Below, piece after piece: positions 35,851 through 43,617 of a stretch of DNA of 43,617 nucleotides. The notes under the pieces were generated by a model, which searched no databases, was not told the DNA's origin, and saw only the letters and a list, made by a program, of their open reading frames with translations. This DNA is from an uncultured Anaerolineae bacterium. GTDB lineage: Bacteria > Chloroflexota > Anaerolineae > Fen-1058. The stretch spans positions 1 through 43,617 of the forward strand of contig CAYHAR010000003.1 of assembly GCA_964354595.1 (NCBI GenBank), written 5' to 3'. Both the position numbers and the translations under genes were made by a program. How positions within the stretch are numbered: the first letter of the stretch is position 1; every line of letters begins with the position of its first letter.

Positions 35851-37281
35851 CTACTGATCCACGCGCACTACGCTGAGGCCGGGCAGCCGCAGATCGAATG
35901 CGACTTGTTGACGATGAGCTGCCAGCCATTCCCGCACGATGGGCGGCGCCTCTGCAAAAACGTCGAAAGGAGGCGCTGTGTATACGCGATGGTTGGACAC
36001 GTGCGAGCTCCACCATACCAGCCAGACTCGACTATGTTGGGCCGCCGCTTCCTCCAGAGTCTTGGACTCTTCCCCAGGCCATAGCACCGCATACGGCCAC
36101 TCTCGTGTTCGATAAGCCCACGTTCCGATGATGCCCTCTGTGCCTTCCATGACGACGATGTCGGTTGAAGCTAGCTCCGTCTCGATAGCGGCGGTCACGC
36201 CACGCCAGTCTTCTTTGACGAAATGTGGATCAGTGTAGAGTCGAAGTGTGCCCCAGCCCATTGCGGCCAGCACAACCGATGCGGTCAGCAGCCGCCAGAT
36301 CGCCGCCCGCCGGGCTGTGATGCCCAACGCCAAGAGCAACAGATAAGCGGGCAGGGTGGTCAAGAGGTATCGGTCGGAATAGTAGGGACGCCGCAGCGAG
36401 AGCAAAAAGACAAACCCGATAGGCAGCGCCAGCCACCAGACCAGCCATCGTCGTTCCTCACTCCACGGGAACAAGCCCGCCAGAAAGACCAGGGCAGTCC
36501 CCGCCGCCAATAGGGCAACGGCGGGCGTGAGAGTTTCCACATCAATCGTGGTAAAGTTCCAGAGCGTGTAGAAGGGAGCCAGCGGACCGGGGCGAGGAAT
36601 CCAGCTCAAGCCAGCCGGGTAAAGCCCGCGCGACAGGTACCCGATCAGCCAGGGAGTCAGGGGCACGAATGCCATGGCCTGCGCCAGGAACCAACGCCTC
36701 ACCAGTTGTGTCTGTCGCAGCCGAGGCAGCAAATAAACCAACTGGACATAGACCAAGGAAAATGTTCCATAGTGAGTCAGGTAGGCCAAAGCGCTCCACA
36801 CCGTCAATGTTGCCCAGCGGCGTTGACCGCGCACCAGCGAAATAAAAGCATCCATCGCCCACAAACCGAACAATACCATCGGCGCATACATTCGCCCGTC
36901 CTGGGAATACCAGATGTGGAACGGGCTGGCTGTCAGCAACAAAGCAGCTATCAAACCAACCGTTTTTCCGCTCAACCGGCGGCCCAAACGATAAATAGAT
37001 GGAATAGCCAAGATGCCCAAGGCCGCCGACGGGAAACGAAGCGCATACTCGCTGGCCCCTGCCAGTCCCAGCCAGAGCCGCATGAACAGGTAGTAGAGCG
37101 GAGGCGTATTTGCGCTCAAGCTCATCACTTGCCAGGCTGCGCTCAACGGCAGTCGGGCCAGCATGAGAGTAAAGCACTCATCAAACCACAAGCTCTTGAC
37201 GCTCAGTTGATACAATCGGAGCGCCATCGCCAACAACGTGATGAACAATACTATCCACTGAGACAGTCGCCCCTTGTTCAT
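35851..37281 (-). CDS. GT-C fold family 39-like membrane glycosyltransferase (tandem paralogue B)
   Basis: Starts MNKGRLSQWIVLFITLLAMALRLYQLSVKSLWFDECF at ATG 37281 (ATGA overlap at 37278-37281). Also 476 aa. The upstream 128 codons of the track ORF are an Arg/Ala-rich shadow. Confidence 0.8.
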   Translation of the reverse strand: MNKGRLSQWIVLFITLLAMALRLYQLSVKSLWFDECFTLMLARLPLSAAWQVMSLSANTPPLYYLFMRLWLGLAGASEYALRFPSAALGILAIPSIYRLGRRLSGKTVGLIAALLLTASPFHIWYSQDGRMYAPMVLFGLWAMDAFISLVRGQRRWATLTVWSALAYLTHYGTFSLVYVQLVYLLPRLRQTQLVRRWFLAQAMAFVPLTPWLIGYLSRGLYPAGLSWIPRPGPLAPFYTLWNFTTIDVETLTPAVALLAAGTALVFLAGLFPWSEERRWLVWWLALPIGFVFLLSLRRPYYSDRYLLTTLPAYLLLLALGITARRAAIWRLLTASVVLAAMGWGTLRLYTDPHFVKEDWRGVTAAIETELASTDIVVMEGTEGIIGTWAYRTREWPYAVLWPGEESKTLEEAAAQHSRVWLVWWSSHVSNHRVYTAPPFDVFAEAPPIVREWLAAHRQQVAFDLRLPGLSVVRVDQ

Positions 37282-38768
37282 CGGCCCTCGCGCGCGTAAA
37301 TCACAGCCTGATCGTCGCTGTAAGCCAATCGCCAATTGGGCTGCGTTGCCAGCATCGTCGCCAAAAAGCTGTCGCGCTCGGTCAGCGCCAACCGCACGCC
37401 ATAGCGATCCAGCGCCTCTTGCCAGCCGGGGCGAATGAACATCACCTTGAAATACTCGCGCAAAAATTCGTCGTCGTAAAGGTCGGTGCGCCCGTCCACA
37501 AACACCGGCTCTTGCGGCAGCGCCCACACCAGGTAGCCGCCCCAGTTGTAGCTGTTGTACATCGGCCCCGTGAGATTGTTCTGCTTGAGCCACTCGACCG
37601 CGCGAACCGGCGCGGTCTGCTGTTGCGCCTTGTCTATCATCTGCGGCGAAAGCGCCACGCCGCATTTGATCAACACAGCCAAGGTGACGAGAACCAAGAT
37701 CATCCAGTTCAGCGCGCGCGACAAGGCCGGATGCACGTCTTTGCTGACCGAAGCAGGCAGCTTGACGCGCGCCGCCAACGACTCGACGATAGGTTGCATC
37801 TGCCGGGTGAGTATCGGCGCGAGGACGAGCGCCAGCGGCGCAATGTTGCGCCGGGCCAGGAATGCGCTGTAGCCAAACACCATCACCACGATCAGATCAC
37901 TCCAATCCCAGCGCCGCCCCGAAAAGCCGACCGCAGCCAGCAGCGCAAAGAGGAGCCACAACATCGGCTGCTCGTAGAGGTTGTGGAAATCCGGCGAGGC
38001 CCACTCTTGGATAAAGCCCTGTAACGCCTTGATGCCGACCGTGCGGAAGGGCAGCGTCCACGTTCCGAAGGTGTACGGATTGACCAAGAGTGCCAGCCCA
38101 CACAAGATGCCCGCGCCCATCAGCCAGCCGATCTCTTTCCAGGTCATCACCTCGGGCGCGTCCGCGCGCCCGGTGAGGCGATTCAGCGTCTCGCCCGCGA
38201 TGACCGAGCCGATCAGCATCAATCCGAGCGCATAGCCGCCGTGCACGTTGGCCCACAGGACAAAGAGGGGAATGAGCACCCACAGGCGGTTGACCTGTCG
38301 CCATTTGAGCAGGTATACCACGTAGCTGGTGACGCCCAGCAGTGCAAACGAAAGCATCTGCGGGCGCGGCGACCAGATGACGGACGACGTCGTCGCCGCC
38401 AGCACGACGACAAACGCGCGCAAGAGTGGCTGGCCCTCCGTCTGCCGGTACACAAAAATAAACGCGATGATGACCAACGCCGCCACTAGCAATGCCAGTG
38501 CCGCGTCGCCGCCTATCACGCGCGCCTGGTACAGGCCGACCTGCGCCAGCCAGTACACGTCTGTCCATGGTTTGCCGCGCACGGTGTGCGAAAACTCGTC
38601 CGCGTAAGGGGTGCGTCCCGTAGTAACGATGGCCCGTCCCGCGCCCAAGTGCCACCATGCGTCCGAGTCAGCTGGCGTGCGGACCGCCATCGCAAACAGC
38701 GCTAGGAACAGCACCGCGACGATCAGACGCTCGAATGTCAGTATGCTCTGGCCTTGTCGCCCGGTCAT
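37278..38768 (-). CDS. Polytopic GT-C-like membrane protein with a C-terminal soluble domain (tandem paralogue 1)
   Basis: First loop PADSDAWWHLGAGR. 496 aa. Highly similar to 38765..40267. Confidence 0.7.
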   Translation of the reverse strand: MTGRQGQSILTFERLIVAVLFLALFAMAVRTPADSDAWWHLGAGRAIVTTGRTPYADEFSHTVRGKPWTDVYWLAQVGLYQARVIGGDAALALLVAALVIIAFIFVYRQTEGQPLLRAFVVVLAATTSSVIWSPRPQMLSFALLGVTSYVVYLLKWRQVNRLWVLIPLFVLWANVHGGYALGLMLIGSVIAGETLNRLTGRADAPEVMTWKEIGWLMGAGILCGLALLVNPYTFGTWTLPFRTVGIKALQGFIQEWASPDFHNLYEQPMLWLLFALLAAVGFSGRRWDWSDLIVVMVFGYSAFLARRNIAPLALVLAPILTRQMQPIVESLAARVKLPASVSKDVHPALSRALNWMILVLVTLAVLIKCGVALSPQMIDKAQQQTAPVRAVEWLKQNNLTGPMYNSYNWGGYLVWALPQEPVFVDGRTDLYDDEFLREYFKVMFIRPGWQEALDRYGVRLALTERDSFLATMLATQPNWRLAYSDDQAVIYAREGR

Positions 38769-40267
38769 TTTCCCTCGCGTGCATAGAGCACGGCTTGATC
38801 GTCGCTATAGACCAGCCGCCAGTCAGGTTGCGTCGCCAGCAGCGTCGCCAAAAAGCTGTCGTGCTCGGTCAACGCCAAGCGCACGCCGTACCGATCCAGC
38901 ACTTGTTGCCAGCCGGGACGGACGAACGTCACCCTGACATACTCGCGCAAAAATTCGTCGTCGTAGAGGTCGGTGCGCCCGTCCACAAACACCGGCTCTT
39001 GCGGGAGCGCCCACAACAAATAGCCGCCCCAGTTGTAGCTGTTGTACATCGGCCCGGTCAGGCGATTTTGCTTTAGCCACTCGACCGCGCGAACGGGCGC
39101 AGTCTGCTGCTGCGCCTTGTCAATCATTCGAGGCGATAGCTCGACCCAACACCGGAGCAGCACGGCCACGGCGACGAGAATCACGATCAGCCAATTCAAC
39201 ACGCCCGATAGAGAGGGCGTTAGGTCTTGGCGCGCCGCAGCCGGCAGCTTGACGCGCGCCAGCACAGCTTCGAGGATGGGCTGCGCTTGTCGCGACAGGA
39301 TCGGCGCGACGACCAGCGCGAACGGCGCAATGTTGCGCCGCGCCAGGAACGCGCTGTAGCCAAACACCGCCACCACGATCAGGTCGCTCCAATCCCAACG
39401 CCGATCCGAAAAACCAGCCAACGCCAGCAGCGCGAACAAGAGCCACAACACCGGCTGCTCGTACAAATTGTGAAAATCGGGCGAGGCCCATTCCTGGATG
39501 AAACCTTGCAGCGCCTTGATGCCGACCGTGCGGAAGGGCAGTGTCCACGCTCCGAAGGTGTACGGATTGACCAAGAGCGCGAGCCCACACAAGAGGCCCA
39601 CGCCTATCAGCAGGCCGATCTCTTTCCAGGTCATCACCTCGGGCGCGTCCGCGCGCCCGGTGAGGCGATTCAGCGTCTCGCCCGCGATGACCGAGCCGAT
39701 CAGCATCAATCCGAGCGCATAGCCGCCGTGCACGTTGGCCCACAGGACAAAGAGGGGAATGAGCACCCACAGGCGGTTGACCTGTCGCCATTTGAGCAGG
39801 TATACCACGTAGCTGGTGACGCCCAGCAGTGCAAACGAAAGCATCTGCGGGCGCGGCGACCAGATGATCGAAGTTGCGGTTGCCGCCAGCACAACGACGA
39901 ATGCCCGAAGGAACGGCGCGCCCTCCATCTGCGGATACACGAACGCGAACGCCACGACGACGAGTATCGCCGTGAGCGCGGCGAGCGCCGCATCACCGCC
40001 CAGCGCGCGCGCCTGGTACAGGCCGACTTGCGCCAGCCATTGCACATTCGTCCACGGCTTGCCGCGCGCCGTGAGCGAAAACTCGTCGGTGAAGGGAATG
40101 CGCCCCGTCGTGACAATGGCTCGTCCCGCACCCAAGTGCCACCACGTGTCCGTGTCGGCCGGCGCGCGGACCGCCATCGCAAATAGCGCGAGGAACAACA
40201 CCACGACGGTCAGGCGGTTGACCGTGAGAATCGCGCGAGGAGATGAATCGGTCGGGATGGCGCTCAT
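38765..40267 (-). CDS. Polytopic GT-C-like membrane protein with a C-terminal soluble domain (tandem paralogue 2)
   Basis: First loop PADTDTWWHLGAGR. 500 aa. ATGA overlaps at both ends (38765-38768 and 40264-40267). Confidence 0.7.
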   Translation of the reverse strand: MSAIPTDSSPRAILTVNRLTVVVLFLALFAMAVRAPADTDTWWHLGAGRAIVTTGRIPFTDEFSLTARGKPWTNVQWLAQVGLYQARALGGDAALAALTAILVVVAFAFVYPQMEGAPFLRAFVVVLAATATSIIWSPRPQMLSFALLGVTSYVVYLLKWRQVNRLWVLIPLFVLWANVHGGYALGLMLIGSVIAGETLNRLTGRADAPEVMTWKEIGLLIGVGLLCGLALLVNPYTFGAWTLPFRTVGIKALQGFIQEWASPDFHNLYEQPVLWLLFALLALAGFSDRRWDWSDLIVVAVFGYSAFLARRNIAPFALVVAPILSRQAQPILEAVLARVKLPAAARQDLTPSLSGVLNWLIVILVAVAVLLRCWVELSPRMIDKAQQQTAPVRAVEWLKQNRLTGPMYNSYNWGGYLLWALPQEPVFVDGRTDLYDDEFLREYVRVTFVRPGWQQVLDRYGVRLALTEHDSFLATLLATQPDWRLVYSDDQAVLYAREGK

Positions 40268-41862
40268 CCGTTTTTCGTCATGGACGATGGCAATACGTCT
40301 GGCGGCGACACTCGGCGTGAGAGATCGTGGAACACGTGGTACGACCCGATTTGCGTCTCACGGTAGGTCACACCCAGACGAGCGAATCCTTGGCGCAAAA
40401 GCGCGTCCAGCTTGGGATGGTTCGTCGTGACGTACACGACGTTGGCGGCTTGCTCCACCGCTTGCGTGTAGGGTGGATAACGATCGTCGCGGTAAGTATA
40501 GCGCAAGTCGGCCTTGTAAGGCAAATGCGGCGCGAGGATGATTTCTTCGTTGGAAAGGAAAGCGATGGGATACGCGACCCAATAGTTGCCATAGCCGCGC
40601 GTCTGGCCGCGCTCGCGCAAAAAGCGAATCAGTTCCGCGTCGTAGCGGTGATCCACCTGCGTAATCTCTTCGAATTGTGTCGTGATGCCGGGCGGATTCT
40701 TGAGCGCGGCCTGAACTGTGCCGACCAAGTTGAAAATCAAAACGATTCCCAACAGCGCCCACGCCCATCGCCCGATGCGCTCTCGCAATGCGGCCAGAGC
40801 TTGGGCGGTGAAAATGAACAGCGGCAGGTAAAGCGGCAAGAAATAACGTCCCGAAGGATCGCCGCCAAAGGGAGTCAGCACAAAGCCGAGGAACAGTGTG
40901 GCGCAGACGCCCCACAGCAAGATTCCATTTTTCCGAAAGCTGCGAGCTTTCGGGAAGATAAGCGCGCCCAGGTAAAGCGCCAAGGTCGGCGCAGCCAGCC
41001 ACAGCGGCGGCCCCTCGATGCTCCAGGGGAAACGCAATCCAAACAGCGCGGGCAATCCCAGGACGATAAAGTTGAAAACTCGCATTCCGACGTTGCCGAA
41101 CAAGCTGCCGGCCGTGGCCGTGCTTTTCACTGCGTCCCCGGATAGCTCTGCCAGGGCAACGCCCACGCGACTCTGGTTACCCAGCCACCAGGGCAGGCTG
41201 CCGAGGGCAAATCCCAACGCTGCCAACAGGGTAACCGCACCAGACGATTGAAGCACAGCCTTGCGCAACCGCCAGGCCAGCCACAGCACGACGGGAACGA
41301 GATAGACGAGTGTGAGACCAAAAGCCCAGAACCCCAAGCCAGCTACCAGCCCCCATGCCAGCCATAATCTTTTACGATGTATGTCTTCATAGCCCAGGCG
41401 ATGCCCCCACCAGAGCAAGAGATTGCCCACCAGCATCGCCTCGCCATAGCCGCCCAGCGTCGCGGTCGTGTAGAGCGTCAATAGCACGGGGGGGAAGGCA
41501 AACAGCAACGCGGTCAATAATGCAACACGTTGCGAGCCGGTCAAGCGGAGCGCGACAGCATAACCGGTCAGCAGCACGGCCAGAAAGAGTACGACTTGCA
41601 CCACCCGCACCGCCAGCACCGATTCACCCATCAACGTGCAAGCCCCGGCGATGAGAAAAGCGTCGAGGCTGCCCATGTACGCCTGGCCGTAAAAGAACGC
41701 CGGCAGCTCTCCTTGCAAAATGTGCCGCGCCATCAATGCGACGATGGCCTCGTCGCTGTTGAACGGCACGGCGTCGGCGGCCAGCAGCGCGACCTTGAGC
41801 GCCAGCGTCAAGACCGCGATCACGACCAACGGGCCAATTCGCCGGAGCGCCGCAGTTGCCAC
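40264..41862 (-). CDS. GT-C fold family 39/ArnT-like membrane glycosyltransferase (first gene of the minus-strand array)
   Basis: First loop PFNSDEAIVALMARH. The GTG start at 41862 follows GGGAGAGG by about 6 nt. Confidence 0.75.
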   Translation of the reverse strand: MATAALRRIGPLVVIAVLTLALKVALLAADAVPFNSDEAIVALMARHILQGELPAFFYGQAYMGSLDAFLIAGACTLMGESVLAVRVVQVVLFLAVLLTGYAVALRLTGSQRVALLTALLFAFPPVLLTLYTTATLGGYGEAMLVGNLLLWWGHRLGYEDIHRKRLWLAWGLVAGLGFWAFGLTLVYLVPVVLWLAWRLRKAVLQSSGAVTLLAALGFALGSLPWWLGNQSRVGVALAELSGDAVKSTATAGSLFGNVGMRVFNFIVLGLPALFGLRFPWSIEGPPLWLAAPTLALYLGALIFPKARSFRKNGILLWGVCATLFLGFVLTPFGGDPSGRYFLPLYLPLFIFTAQALAALRERIGRWAWALLGIVLIFNLVGTVQAALKNPPGITTQFEEITQVDHRYDAELIRFLRERGQTRGYGNYWVAYPIAFLSNEEIILAPHLPYKADLRYTYRDDRYPPYTQAVEQAANVVYVTTNHPKLDALLRQGFARLGVTYRETQIGSYHVFHDLSRRVSPPDVLPSSMTKNG

Positions 41863-41884
41863 TAAACGCCTCTCCCTCTATAAT
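41856..41884 (+). promoter_or_regulatory. Sigma-70-like promoter predicting a leaderless mRNA for the gene starting at 41891
   Basis: TTGCCA (41856-41861), an exact 17-nt spacer, then TATAAT (41879-41884). The ATG at 41891 lies 6 nt after the -10 box and no RBS is possible. Confidence 0.4.
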
Positions 41885-41890
41885 ATCGCC

Positions 41891-43501
41891 ATGCGCCAAT
41901 TCGTGCTCTCACGCCGGATCAACCTCTTGACCATCGCCTTGATCGTCTTGGCCGTTGCGCTTCGTCTCATCCCGGGCCCGCGCACAATTGACGATGCCTT
42001 TATCACGTTCCGCTACGCGCGCAACATTGTTCACGGCGTCGGCTTTATCTACAACGCGGGCGAGCGCGTGCTGGGCACCACGACCCCGCTTTATACGTTG
42101 TGGATGGCGACGCTCGCCCTGATCTCTGGTAGCGAAAATTTTCCTCTCTTTGCTCTCGTCACCAACGCTCTGGCCGATGCTGCCAGCACGTATCTACTTT
42201 ACCACTTGGGGCGGCGGTTGAGCAATAGCTCGTTGGTCGGATGGGCCATCGCGCTATTGTGGGCTGTCTCTCCGATGAGCGTGACGTTTGCGATTGGCGG
42301 GATGGAGACCTCGGTCTTTATCTTGCTGATGCTCGCCACGTTCGCTGCGCACATGGAGCGCCGCCCTTATCTCACGGCTGTCCTGGCGGCTCTCTCGCTC
42401 CTCACCCGCCCCGATGCCGGGCTGATTATCGTACTCGTGTTCGCCCAACTGCTCTGGGAGAATCTCAGATCTCGGTCTCTGAATCCAGTCTCTCCACCCT
42501 CCACTCTCCACCCTCCACTTGCTACACTCTACGCTCCACGCTCTACGCTCTACGTCGCGGGGCTGTGGATTCTGGTGTTTGCGCTGGTCATTGCGCCGTG
42601 GGCCATCTTTGCCACCGCATACTTTGGCAATCCGCTTTCACAGAGCATGTTCGCCAAGAGCATCGCTTATCGCTTGGAGCCTGAAGAAGGCTTGGTGCGG
42701 CTGCTCCAACATTTCAGTGTTCCGTTTTTCGAAAGCGACGTGTTCGACCTGGGCGGGTTGATCCGGCTCGTCGTCTACCTGGCCTTGTACCTCATCGCGG
42801 CGCTGGCGGCCTTTCGGCGCGAGCCACGCAGCTTGCCGTTCTTTGCTTATCCGCTCTTGTACGCTGCCGCGTTCGCCATTGCCAATCCGCTCATCTTTCG
42901 TTGGTATCTGGCCCCGCCCACGCCCGGCTATATGCTCGGCATCTTGCTTGGCATCTATCAGGTCGCAGGTCGCAGGTCGCGGGTCGCAAGCAAGTCTCGC
43001 TTCTCATTTCTCATTTCTCATTTGATATTTGGAACTGTTGTGGCAATCTATATGGTCCTGTCCCTTGTTGCCTGGACGCTTCACCCTGATCACGGCCCGG
43101 ATCGGCCCGCGCCGCAAATGGCCTACATTCAGCTAGAGCTATTCTATCACCAAGTCGCCGCCGACCTCAAGCCGCACGTCAGGCCGGACACCGTCATCGC
43201 CGCGGGCGATATTGGCGCGCTGGGCTATGACACAAACGCGCGCATCCTCGACACGCTCGGCCTCATCAGCCCGCAGACGCTGCGCCACTATCCGCTCGAC
43301 CCGAGCCTGTACGTTATTCCTTACGCCATGTCCCCACAGTTGATCCTCGATCAGCAACCGGATTGGCTCGTCGCGCCCGAAGTGTATCTGCGCCGGGGCG
43401 TTCTCCTCAACACGCAATTCCAGGCGCAATACCAGCTCCTTGAAACCATCCCCACTGACATTTATGGCAGCCACGGCCTGCTCGTCTTTCGCCGCAAATA
43501 G
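41891..43501 (+). CDS. GT-C-like (arabinofuranosyltransferase-like) polytopic membrane protein
   Basis: Starts MRQFVLSRRINLLTIALIVLAVALRL, with first-loop motif IDDAFITFRYARN. 536 aa from ATG 41891. The upstream 57 codons of the track ORF are antisense to the divergent gene. Confidence 0.75.
   Translation: MRQFVLSRRINLLTIALIVLAVALRLIPGPRTIDDAFITFRYARNIVHGVGFIYNAGERVLGTTTPLYTLWMATLALISGSENFPLFALVTNALADAASTYLLYHLGRRLSNSSLVGWAIALLWAVSPMSVTFAIGGMETSVFILLMLATFAAHMERRPYLTAVLAALSLLTRPDAGLIIVLVFAQLLWENLRSRSLNPVSPPSTLHPPLATLYAPRSTLYVAGLWILVFALVIAPWAIFATAYFGNPLSQSMFAKSIAYRLEPEEGLVRLLQHFSVPFFESDVFDLGGLIRLVVYLALYLIAALAAFRREPRSLPFFAYPLLYAAAFAIANPLIFRWYLAPPTPGYMLGILLGIYQVAGRRSRVASKSRFSFLISHLIFGTVVAIYMVLSLVAWTLHPDHGPDRPAPQMAYIQLELFYHQVAADLKPHVRPDTVIAAGDIGALGYDTNARILDTLGLISPQTLRHYPLDPSLYVIPYAMSPQLILDQQPDWLVAPEVYLRRGVLLNTQFQAQYQLLETIPTDIYGSHGLLVFRRK
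42492..42554. repeat. Heptanucleotide tandem array inside a CDS: (CTCCACY)x4, one degenerate unit, (CTCYACG)x4
   Basis: The units are CTCCACC CTCCACT CTCCACC CTCCACT TGCTACA CTCTACG CTCCACG CTCTACG CTCTACG. That is 63 nt, or 21 codons, translated as PPSTLHPPLATLYAPRSTLY. Confidence 0.85.
42959..43028. repeat. Composite heptanucleotide tandem array inside a CDS: (CAGGTCG)x3 + CGGGTCG, two degenerate units, (TTCTCAT)x3 + TTGATAT
   Basis: Read directly from the sequence. It is translated as QVAGRRSRVASKSRFSFLISHLIF. Confidence 0.85.
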
Positions 43502-43547
43502 ACGAAGGACGAACGACCAAAAGCGAGGGATGCATTCGTCCTTCGTC
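43501..43547. terminator. 13-bp-stem hairpin between convergent genes (bidirectional terminator candidate)
   Basis: GACGAAGGACGAA (43501-43513) pairs with TTCGTCCTTCGTC (43535-43547). It starts at the last base of the TAG stop and is followed by TTT. Confidence 0.5.
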
Positions 43548-43559
43548 TTTGGTCTAATC

Positions 43560-43617
43560 TCACTTTTTTCGCGCATAGACCGTGAACAAGTCGCCCAGGT
43601 TGATCGGCGCGGTCATC
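43560..43617 (-). CDS. 3' end of an unidentified minus-strand CDS running off the window
   Basis: The reading frame ...(M)TAPINLGDLFTVYARKK ends at TGA (43560-43562), just before the hairpin. It is too short to identify. Confidence 0.3.
   Translation of the reverse strand, partial: MTAPINLGDLFTVYARKK

Noticed and set aside
35849-36016. Upstream extensions of the two family-39 paralogues (35849..36016 and 37282..37665)
   Set aside because: Both extensions overlap the 3' end of the preceding gene and are Arg/Ala/Gly-rich. Both proteins align from internal ATGs (MKWPSS... and MNKGRL...), giving equal 476-aa lengths.
41720-41890. N-terminal extension of track ORF 41720..43501
   Set aside because: It is antisense to the start of the divergent gene 40264..41862 and is Ala/Ser/Thr-rich. 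The membrane-protein signal begins at ATG 41891, directly behind a TATAAT box.
43139-43576. 145-aa minus-strand ORF overlapping the end of 41891..43501
   Set aside because: It is antisense to a well-supported membrane-protein CDS and crosses the terminator hairpin. It has no recognisable features.

Overview
This is a high-GC bacterial window. Its gene content suggests a monoderm, possibly Chloroflexota-like genome, but the taxon is inference only. It falls into three blocks.

(i) 1-3.6 kb is a lower-GC accessory or defence-island remnant on the minus strand. It holds an N-terminal fragment of an adenine DNA methyltransferase and a 117-aa SH3-like/TM protein. Next comes an ~880-nt ORF-less group II intron (5' GUGCG, 7-bp EBS1-IBS1 pairing, textbook domain V) in the leader of a PD-(D/E)XK nuclease gene. 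A 121-bp MITE with an 8-bp target-site duplication supplies the nuclease stop codon. The island abuts a frameshifted response-regulator remnant.

(ii) 3.7-10.3 kb carries a plus-strand operon of a FabF-type KAS II, a radical SAM enzyme and a serine-palmitoyltransferase-like enzyme. A lipoprotein gene and an FmdB zinc-ribbon gene follow. Two DUF881 genes, tRNA-Tyr and tRNA-Thr lie on the minus strand.

(iii) 10.3-43.5 kb is a ~33-kb envelope-glycan locus with 15 polytopic GT-C-like membrane proteins, including tandem paralogues and one frameshifted copy. It also encodes two secreted clan-A glycosidase-like proteins, a TPR protein and a WbaP-type priming phosphotransferase. An amino-sugar module is present: WecB, two SDR enzymes, a DegT aminotransferase and an LbH acetyltransferase. 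Nearly everything is on one strand, and many junctions are ATGA-type start/stop overlaps. No cytoplasmic GT-A/GT-B transferase is recognisable.

Four heptanucleotide tandem-repeat arrays sit at gene starts or inside a CDS.
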